Source: an uncultured bacterium (GTDB lineage: Bacteria; CSSED10-310; CAZUFC01). From it: a stretch of DNA of 23,380 bases. The notes beneath the pieces are model-generated. The model searched no databases. It had not been told where the DNA came from and saw only the letters and a list, made by a program, of their open reading frames with translations. Position 1 is the first letter of the stretch, and every line of letters begins with the position of its first letter. The stretch covers positions 21,161-44,540 of the forward strand of contig CAZUFC010000069.1 in the NCBI GenBank assembly GCA_964619725.1. Direction: 5' to 3'. Position numbers and translations under genes: made by a program. This document shows, piece by piece, positions 16,615 through 23,380 of the stretch.

Positions 16615-17805
16615 ATGAAAATAATGAAGGACAAGAGAAGATTACGGATATGTTTTATCGGCTGGGGCGATTTTGCTCATATGCGTCGTTGGGCGGATTG
16701 GTTTCAGAAGCGCGGTCATGAAGTTCATTTAATCCATCGAAGTTTATGCCGGGGGAAGGCGGTAAAAATAGAGGGAGTAGAGTTGCATGACCTGGAGGTA
16801 ATGGAAAATGAGCATCCTGGAGTCCGGTTTCAAACGAGGAAATATTTAAAGAGCATCATGACTGTAAGGAGACTTGTAGAAGAAATCAAGCCTGATGTTT
16901 TTCATCTTCAAACCCTTTATTATCCGTCACATCTGGGCGTATATTCTTCATTTCATCCGATGGTGATAACGCCCTGGAACGGAGATATACTCTGGCGTAA
17001 CGACTGGTTTCCCTGGACGCCCCGAATAATGGTAAAGGACTGGTTAAGGAGGCGTTTGATCCGTTACGGACTGGATCGAGCGGATTTAGTGACGGTAAAT
17101 TCGGGGAAGATGGGCAGGATTTGTCGTGAGGAATATGGGATAAGCGGTCAAAAGATACAAGCCGTTCATTGTCCGGGAGTCGATCTGAAAACCTTTCATA
17201 ACAGGGGCAAGGATGAGGATTTCTTAGAGAAGTATGATTTGAAGGATAGTCCGGTTATCATAAGTGCGCGTTCGCCTTCGGCGCTTTATAATGTGGACGT
17301 AATAGCAAAGGCGGCGCCCAGGGTCCTGGCGGCCGAACCCGGATCGAAATTCATTTTTATGTGGCCCTCTGCAGAGCAGAGTGAAGTTGAATATCTGAAA
17401 AAGCTGGCGGCCGATTTAAAAATTGAGCATGCGGTAAGATGGCTTGGGACCATGCCCTATGAGGAGTTGCCGCAAATATTATCTTCAGGCGATGCATTCG
17501 TGTCTCTTTCTTCAGGCGATTCATGTCCTTCGTCATTGCTGGAAGCGATGGCCTGCGGGCTGCCTCCGGTAACGGCCGACCTGGATACGGTAAACGAATG
17601 GGTGAGCGACGGATGGAACGGCAGGGTCGTTCCGCAAAGGGACATCGCAGGCACGGCCGAAGCGATACTCGATATCCTCCAGAATCCTCAGAAATCGGAA
17701 TTGTTCCGAAAACGGAATATTGACCGGGTTCGAAAACAGGCTGGTTACGATGAAAACATGGAAAAAATGGAAAGGCTTTACTTCAGATTAACCCACGAGT
17801 CATGA
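16615..17805 (+). CDS. Glycosyltransferase family 4 (GT-B)
   Basis: RGHEVHLI, IKPDVFHLQ, PGVDLKTF, DAFVSLSSGDSCPSSLLEAMACGLPPVTAD, DGWNGRVVPQRD. Confidence 0.92.
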   Translation: MKIMKDKRRLRICFIGWGDFAHMRRWADWFQKRGHEVHLIHRSLCRGKAVKIEGVELHDLEVMENEHPGVRFQTRKYLKSIMTVRRLVEEIKPDVFHLQTLYYPSHLGVYSSFHPMVITPWNGDILWRNDWFPWTPRIMVKDWLRRRLIRYGLDRADLVTVNSGKMGRICREEYGISGQKIQAVHCPGVDLKTFHNRGKDEDFLEKYDLKDSPVIISARSPSALYNVDVIAKAAPRVLAAEPGSKFIFMWPSAEQSEVEYLKKLAADLKIEHAVRWLGTMPYEELPQILSSGDAFVSLSSGDSCPSSLLEAMACGLPPVTADLDTVNEWVSDGWNGRVVPQRDIAGTAEAILDILQNPQKSELFRKRNIDRVRKQAGYDENMEKMERLYFRLTHES

Positions 17806-18012
17806 GGCTCCCCTGAAGATCGGAAGGATGGAAGATTGACCGGTGAGTAGAGCTGGGTCGCTGCCGGGAGATTTCCATGCGCAGGTGAAAGGTCGTAATA
17901 TTTCAACGCCGCAGATGGTCCGCCCACAGACTTTTCATTGTCAAACATTCATTTGCGAAGGGCTCTGACCCCGCCGCGGAACCTTGATTCCCTTGATTCC
18001 CGAAGGCGGCGC

Positions 18013-18939
18013 TTATTCTTGCCGGTACTGTTCGACCGTCATTTTAATGCCTTGCTCGAAAGATACGGAAGGCTCATAACCCAGTTCTTTTTTGATGGTA
18101 TGGAGGGCGGCCAGAGAATGGCGGACATCTCCGGGCCTGGGATCGGAAAATATGGGTTTTATATTTTTATCCAGGATATTGTTGATGGCTTCGATTAATT
18201 GAAGCAAATCTATGCGATCGCCGCATGCTGTGTTGTAGACGCCGCATTCTACTCCGGATTCCATGGCTGCAGTATTGGCATTCACGACGTTTTTCACGTA
18301 AGTGAAGTCCCGTGACTGTTTGCCGTCTCCATATGCTACAGGACGATCGCCATTCAGCATAGCCGTTATGAATTTGGGAATTACGGCCGCATATTGAGAC
18401 TCAGGGTCCTGTCGAGGCCCGAATACGTTGAAATAGCGTAGCCCGATAAAACCGAGTCCGAACGCCCTGTTATAGGTTTGTCCTAAAATTTCACCAGCAT
18501 ATTTTGATGCGGCATAAGGTGAAATGGGGGCGGGACCGTCCGTCTCTTCCTTGGGTAATTTTTCAGATGCTCCATAAATCGAGGATGAAGAGGCAAAGAT
18601 GACCTTTTTAACGCCGGTCTGTCTGGCGGCTTCAAGCACGTTATAGGTTCCCTGCACATTGACGTTCAGCGAGTCCAGCGGGCGTTCCATGCTTCTGGGA
18701 ACGCTCGTTAAAGCGGCCTCATGAAACACGAATCTGCAGCCTTCCATCCGCTTAATAAGTTCGTCCATGTTTAAAATCGTATCTTCCGCGATATTCAGTT
18801 CCCCTGCCAATCCTGCCAGGTTTTCCCGTTTCCCCGATGAAAAATCATCATACACAATTACCTGAAAACCTCGCTCCAGAAGCTCTTCCGTCAAATGAGA
18901 ACCGATAAATCCGGCGCCTCCCGTTACCATAACTTTCAA
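18013..18939 (-). CDS. Extended SDR nucleotide-sugar epimerase, WbpP/TviC-like (UDP-GlcNAc/Glc 4-epimerase)
   Basis: VTGGAGFIGSHL, ASSSSIYG, YAASK, LRYFNVFGPRQDPESQYAAVIPKF, GDGKQSRDFTYV. TTG start with GAAGGAG RBS. Confidence 0.93.
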   Translation of the reverse strand: MKVMVTGGAGFIGSHLTEELLERGFQVIVYDDFSSGKRENLAGLAGELNIAEDTILNMDELIKRMEGCRFVFHEAALTSVPRSMERPLDSLNVNVQGTYNVLEAARQTGVKKVIFASSSSIYGASEKLPKEETDGPAPISPYAASKYAGEILGQTYNRAFGLGFIGLRYFNVFGPRQDPESQYAAVIPKFITAMLNGDRPVAYGDGKQSRDFTYVKNVVNANTAAMESGVECGVYNTACGDRIDLLQLIEAINNILDKNIKPIFSDPRPGDVRHSLAALHTIKKELGYEPSVSFEQGIKMTVEQYRQE

Positions 18940-19108
18940 TCTGACTCTCCTTCATATGATAGCATTGCCAGGCGAATCTTCCCGCAAGCAGGAAGACTCA
19001 ACAAGTAAACGCGCCTTGAAATTATTCAACACTGCGCCCTTCCCCTCCTCCATCTTTTTCCATCCTCCACTCTTCCTTCTGTTCACTGCTTGTTTTCAAT
19101 CGAACGAT

Positions 19109-21712
19109 TTAATGCTGGGGAACTCTGCCTTTTAAGATGCCGTCAAGGGCTTCTCTTGCTGTGAAATCTTCCGGATTGATCATCAGCGCTTTGCGGTATT
19201 CAGAGATCGCTTCTTCCCTCTGATTTTTGAAAACAGCCAGATTGCCTTTAATTGAATGACCTGCGCTCTGGTACCAGGTTTCAAGTTTGTTCATAAATTC
19301 TTTCTGATCTTTCTTATCTTCAGGAAGATTTTTAAGATAATTCGTAATGGGTCGCCTGTATTTGAAAATATCCGTCGGGAAGAATCCTCCTTCCCTGGCG
19401 TAGCGCAGGTAAGGCAGATCATCCGTGTTCAATTTTTGAGTTGAGGAGATATATTCCAGGGTCCTGTTTTCATCAAGCAGGAATTTGGACAGTATGACCG
19501 CCGGGTCGGAGATGCCTGCGACCTCCAGACTTTCTTTTACCCCCGGTTTGTTCAGTTCTTTCACAAGGGCTTTCACGTCGATAGAAAAAGGTTGGGGTGT
19601 GCCCAGTATTAAAGCTTGGGGCTGCACTGTCCAGGAATTCTCCATGAGCCAGACCGTAGTGAACGGATAAACGGACTGAAAAGTGTTCAATATAATGCGG
19701 CAATCTTTATCGGTCATTCCGTTCATCGGAAGCCATTGACAAATGATGCCGTTGGGATTCAATTTCTCTTTGCACAAGGAGTAAAATTCCCTGGTATAGA
19801 GAATCCAGCTTTCAGCGGCTTTAGGATGAGTGGAATCTATCAGTATAATGTCGTAAGTTTTTCGCGTGGTTAATACGAAATTTCTTCCATCCTGAATAAC
19901 GAGATTCAGGCGAGGGTCTTGCAAAGCGTTCTGATTTTCTTCAGAAAAGTATTTTGCGGCTTCCGGAACGCTTTTCACAATTTCAACGCAATCAACTGAT
20001 TCGACGTCATGTTGAAGCAAAGCGCCGAGAGCGATTCCTCCGCCCAGGGCCACCACCAGGGCATTTTCGGCGTCAGTATTTAACAGGGGCGGCAGATGTC
20101 CCATGAATCTGAAGCCCTGTCTGGAGGAGATTGCGGGGGGAACTTCCTGCAGGCCGTCGACGGACAGGCAGTTCAATCCGTTTATACGGGTCACCAGTAC
20201 AGTCGAAACCGGCCCTTCATCCCAATAAACTATCTCGTTTCCGAATTTAATTTTGTAGACTTCAAGCAGAACATTGCCGGGAAACAGAAAGATATACAAA
20301 ACGGGAAGGATTACAATGGCAGCGACGAAACCGCTTCTTACTTTTTTTCCTACTCTCTCTTTGTTGACAAGCACATTGACGGTTCCGACCAGGACGTTGA
20401 TGAAAGCCAGTATGGCGATCGACGTCTGAACCCCGAATATCGGAGCTATAACGAACCCGGCAATAAGCGAACCTAGTATGGCGCCGATTGTATTGAAAGC
20501 ATAGACCGTTCCGATCCCCCATCCGGCATTCTTCAGAGCGCCGGAAAAAATTTCCACGACCAAAGGAAAGGTTATTCCCATCAAAATAGTGGGAATCAAC
20601 ATCATGGTTGCGCAACCCAGGTGAAAAATGATAGTTTCATTCGTCCACGAATATGGATCGCCTATGACCTTTGTCATGAAGAAAATAATGAGGTTCATAT
20701 TTTTAAGGATCAAAAGCGAACCGGCTGCCGATAAACCTATTCCCATTTCAATGAAGGCGAAAGCCGTCATCAGGTTTTCCCGCCGCTTAAAAAACACGCT
20801 GAAAATGTAACCGCCTATCGCCAGACCGAGCAAAAAAACCGTAAGCATGGCGCTGAAAGCATATACCGAATTTCCGAAAACGAACACAAGCGAGCGGGTC
20901 CACAGAACTTGGTAACCGAGAGCAGCGAATCCCGAAAAACTGAACGAAATCAGCAATACCGCTTTCTGGGTCAGAGTTAAATTTGATTTCGATATAGCCG
21001 GCACAAGTTCTCTCGCCTTGCGGGGAATAATCGTCTGGTTTTCCTGACCAAGCCACAGTATCCAGGCTATGGAACTCAATATGAAATTAATCAGTACAGC
21101 AAGAAAAATAGTCGTCTGTGAGCCGAAAAGACGTAATAAGATAAAACCGGCTAAAAACGAACCCGCCACAGCGCCGGCTGTGTGAACTCCGTAAAGCTTG
21201 CCCACCACAGCGCCCAGCTCCTTGCGCTTCCTTACTATATATTTCGTCAATACCGGCAAAGACCCGCCTATTAAAGTCATCGGCGCCAACAAAATGGCGA
21301 AGGCAATAACGAATCTTAAAGGATTTATGAGGTATGGAGCAGACTTGAACAGCCGAAAAAGCGCTATGTATCCCTCATCAGCAAATTGTGAGAAAACATA
21401 GATGATTAAGGATGAAAACCCGATGCCGGCTTCCATCCACGCATATAGCTTTAAATGATCATGCATCCTGTCCGCTATTCGTCCGAATATGTAGCTGCCC
21501 AGGCATAATCCCGCCATATACCCCGCCAGAACCATGCTCACTGCCGCCGTCGTGTTCCCGAAAATGAGCGCAAATACCCGTGTCCAGCTTATCTCATAAA
21601 TCAGTCCCGCCATGCCGGAGGCGAAAAAAACGGCATACAATAAATACAATATTCCCTTTCTCATCGGAGTTCGATCAATGGCCTGTTCCTGTGTCGAATA
21701 TTCGACCTTCAT
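19109..21712 (-). CDS. Fused multi-TM (MFS-like) / spermidine synthase-like SAM-fold protein with C-terminal TPR
   Basis: Duplicated membrane repeat (FFASGMAGLIYEISWTR / FSFSGFAALGYQVLWTR). SAM-fold motifs ALVVALGGG, DCVEIV, QDGRNFV, YDIILIDSTHP, LYTREFY, LNTDDLPYL. TPR-like EEAISEYRKALMINPED. Likely start is ATG 21712 (AAGGGA RBS). Confidence 0.9.
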   Translation of the reverse strand: MKVEYSTQEQAIDRTPMRKGILYLLYAVFFASGMAGLIYEISWTRVFALIFGNTTAAVSMVLAGYMAGLCLGSYIFGRIADRMHDHLKLYAWMEAGIGFSSLIIYVFSQFADEGYIALFRLFKSAPYLINPLRFVIAFAILLAPMTLIGGSLPVLTKYIVRKRKELGAVVGKLYGVHTAGAVAGSFLAGFILLRLFGSQTTIFLAVLINFILSSIAWILWLGQENQTIIPRKARELVPAISKSNLTLTQKAVLLISFSFSGFAALGYQVLWTRSLVFVFGNSVYAFSAMLTVFLLGLAIGGYIFSVFFKRRENLMTAFAFIEMGIGLSAAGSLLILKNMNLIIFFMTKVIGDPYSWTNETIIFHLGCATMMLIPTILMGITFPLVVEIFSGALKNAGWGIGTVYAFNTIGAILGSLIAGFVIAPIFGVQTSIAILAFINVLVGTVNVLVNKERVGKKVRSGFVAAIVILPVLYIFLFPGNVLLEVYKIKFGNEIVYWDEGPVSTVLVTRINGLNCLSVDGLQEVPPAISSRQGFRFMGHLPPLLNTDAENALVVALGGGIALGALLQHDVESVDCVEIVKSVPEAAKYFSEENQNALQDPRLNLVIQDGRNFVLTTRKTYDIILIDSTHPKAAESWILYTREFYSLCKEKLNPNGIICQWLPMNGMTDKDCRIILNTFQSVYPFTTVWLMENSWTVQPQALILGTPQPFSIDVKALVKELNKPGVKESLEVAGISDPAVILSKFLLDENRTLEYISSTQKLNTDDLPYLRYAREGGFFPTDIFKYRRPITNYLKNLPEDKKDQKEFMNKLETWYQSAGHSIKGNLAVFKNQREEAISEYRKALMINPEDFTAREALDGILKGRVPQH

Positions 21713-21739
21713 TATTGATTCCCTTTTTTCAGCACACAC

Positions 21740-21828
21740 AAAAAAACAACCTGTTCAGCCTTTTTCCATCCAGGCGCTGTAATGGTGGAAATTCGCCGTA
21801 TTGGATGGAAATACATCCAACACAGGTT
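21740..21828 (-). promoter_or_regulatory. Structured 5' leader with alternative hairpins and a U-tract (candidate attenuator)
   Basis: Pairings 21748-21754/21822-21828, 21763-21772/21802-21811 and 21773-21776/21794-21797, with a competing stem 21801-21807/21814-21820. A T7 run on the minus strand lies at 21746-21740. Confidence 0.35.
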
Positions 21829-22030
21829 TCAAAGAAATATAAATTACAATTGACATCGGGTCAAGAAACTTAACTCAAAAACATTGTCATTTCTCTGCTT
21901 TTTTGATTGTGCCAGCGTTCTTACTGCGCTAAAATACAAATGTGTAGAAACTTCGTACCTAAACTTCGCGTAGTCGACTGTTGCGTTTTTCTTGTTAACG
22001 GAAATTTAGAAATATCAAAGGACTGCCAAA

Positions 22031-22840
22031 ATGAGCGCTAAAAAAATATTGACGATTTTTCCTGAATCCGAGGATTCGAAAGCCTTGTCAAAAATCATCG
22101 AAGACGAAGGTTTCCTGCAAATAACGGCTGATTCCGGCGCCGAAGCCTTAAATGTTGCCTCTCAGATGATTCCTGATATGATGATTATTGACTTTCAAAT
22201 GTCTGATATGGATGCTTTTCAATTCTGCAGGCTCGTCAAAGGCGAATACTTCGAATTGCTGAATAAAACGCCCGTCGTCATCGTCTCCGATAAAATACCA
22301 GCTTTCCTGGGAGAACTTATCGCCTATGAAGTCGGCGCCTTCCACTTCATTCCGATGGAAGACGCTCCACCAAAAATACTCTCCCTGCTAAGATTGAAAT
22401 TTAAAAACACCGACCTCACAACCTCAGATAAATTCCGACTCGATCCCCGAATCAGAGCCCTCGCCGTCGACGACCAGAAAGACTCCCTCAAAATCCTGGA
22501 ATACTACCTCAAACGGGAAGGATACCTTTTCATGGGAGCCGGTGACTTAAATTCCACCTTGGAAAAACTCGAAATTTTCGATCCGGACGTCATCCTTCTC
22601 GATTATGAATTACCGGAGATCAAGGGACTGGATATTTTACAAAAAATACTCGAAAAAAAACCCGATGCAGTCGTAATTATGCTTACAGCTCACGGCAGCC
22701 CTGAAATCGCCCTTAAATCGATTGAACTGGGCGCAGCAGATTACCTCACCAAAAAAAACATCACGGAAACCCTCCATGAAAAAATTAAATCAGTGCTAAT
22801 GAAAAAACAGTTCCTCAATCTCATTGAAAAGTGTCTTTGA
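22031..22840 (+). CDS. Tandem receiver-domain protein (degenerate REC + canonical REC, no output domain)
   Basis: REC1 has MMIIDFQMSDMDA but lacks the acidic pair and the conserved Lys. REC2 has ALAVDDQ, ILLDYELP, MLTAHG and DYLTK. Confidence 0.87.
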   Translation: MSAKKILTIFPESEDSKALSKIIEDEGFLQITADSGAEALNVASQMIPDMMIIDFQMSDMDAFQFCRLVKGEYFELLNKTPVVIVSDKIPAFLGELIAYEVGAFHFIPMEDAPPKILSLLRLKFKNTDLTTSDKFRLDPRIRALAVDDQKDSLKILEYYLKREGYLFMGAGDLNSTLEKLEIFDPDVILLDYELPEIKGLDILQKILEKKPDAVVIMLTAHGSPEIALKSIELGAADYLTKKNITETLHEKIKSVLMKKQFLNLIEKCL

Positions 22841-22951
22841 ATCGTCACTATTCTGATTCCAATATGTACTTTTCTGGGGTTTTCCCGTCGAAAAAACTTG
22901 AAATTATACTCATCCTGCCCATAATGGAAAAGGATCAGGAGGATTATTAGA

Positions 22952-23299
22952 ATGTTCAATCAGAAATTAATTAAAGGCGCCTTTGCTGCAGGATTGACCC
23001 TTGCTGTTTTTCTGTTTTTTGCCGGTTGCGGCGAAAACAACGGGGAAAACGGTAAGGAAGTCCTTAATAAAAATGAAGTGCAAGAGCCCCTAGGCAAAAA
23101 ACGCTTCCAAAAAAATCTGAAACCTCAAAAACAGGGGCCTTCCCAAAGTCGGGGTCAGGCTAAAGGAAGAATGGTTTCCGGTAAAGTTATCGCTCCTTCT
23201 CAAGATAAACAGAAATCCGAATCTGTTGACGATACCGGAACGCTTCGCAGTGAACCGAAACACAGAAAAGTAATCTGCGGTCACGAAGTTAGAGATTGA
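22952..23299 (+). CDS. Hypothetical lipoprotein
   Basis: AGGAGG RBS. Signal peptide with lipobox FFAG|C. Mature part is basic and low-complexity. Confidence 0.6.
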   Translation: MFNQKLIKGAFAAGLTLAVFLFFAGCGENNGENGKEVLNKNEVQEPLGKKRFQKNLKPQKQGPSQSRGQAKGRMVSGKVIAPSQDKQKSESVDDTGTLRSEPKHRKVICGHEVRD

Positions 23300-23379
23300 C
23301 TAATTAGTTTTTGTCCATAAACGGTGAATTTTCCCCAGTACTGCGTCAGGCTGCGGATGTACTCAATCAACGTATAATA
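23281..23379 (-). CDS. Possible 3' end of a minus-strand gene entering from beyond the window
   Basis: Open frame ...YYTLIEYIRSLTQYWGKFTVYGQKLISQSLTS*. Too short to classify. Confidence 0.25.
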   Translation of the reverse strand, partial: YYTLIEYIRSLTQYWGKFTVYGQKLISQSLTS

Positions 23380-23380
23380 A

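Noticed and set aside
17806..18012. Convergent intergenic region with CCTTGATTC x2 and a CCGCC/GGCGG stem
   Set aside because: Short and imperfect with no U-tract, so insufficient for a terminator or repeat call.
3405..23284. Remaining short ORFs nested in or antisense to the called genes
   Set aside because: They lie within well-supported CDSs and show no motifs.

Overview
Bacterial chromosomal segment of roughly 50% GC, dominated by secreted or surface proteins. It contains: (1) a window-truncated minus-strand gene missing from the ORF track (signal peptide, beta-domain, SdrD-B-like domain, about 490 aa of Pro/Thr repeats); (2) a divergent gingipain/PorU-like C25 peptidase ending in an unusual 'WPYL' C-terminal domain; (3) two IPTL-CTERM-like tagged proteins (DUF362 plus dockerin-like repeats, and a YVTN beta-propeller); (4) an AT-richer ATPase + TPR two-gene cassette whose ATPase has lost its whole P-loop core, bracketed by two inverted REP-like palindromes; (5) an EF-hand/isochorismatase fusion; (6) an MntA/HepT toxin-antitoxin pair with lesions in both active-site motifs; (7) a HisKA-receiver protein with no ATPase domain; (8) a GT4 glycosyltransferase, a WbpP-like epimerase, a membrane-fused spermidine synthase-like protein with a structured leader, a tandem-receiver protein and a small lipoprotein. 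I saw no rRNA, tRNA, CRISPR array, transposase or reverse transcriptase. All family calls come from motif recognition by eye, not from database searches.
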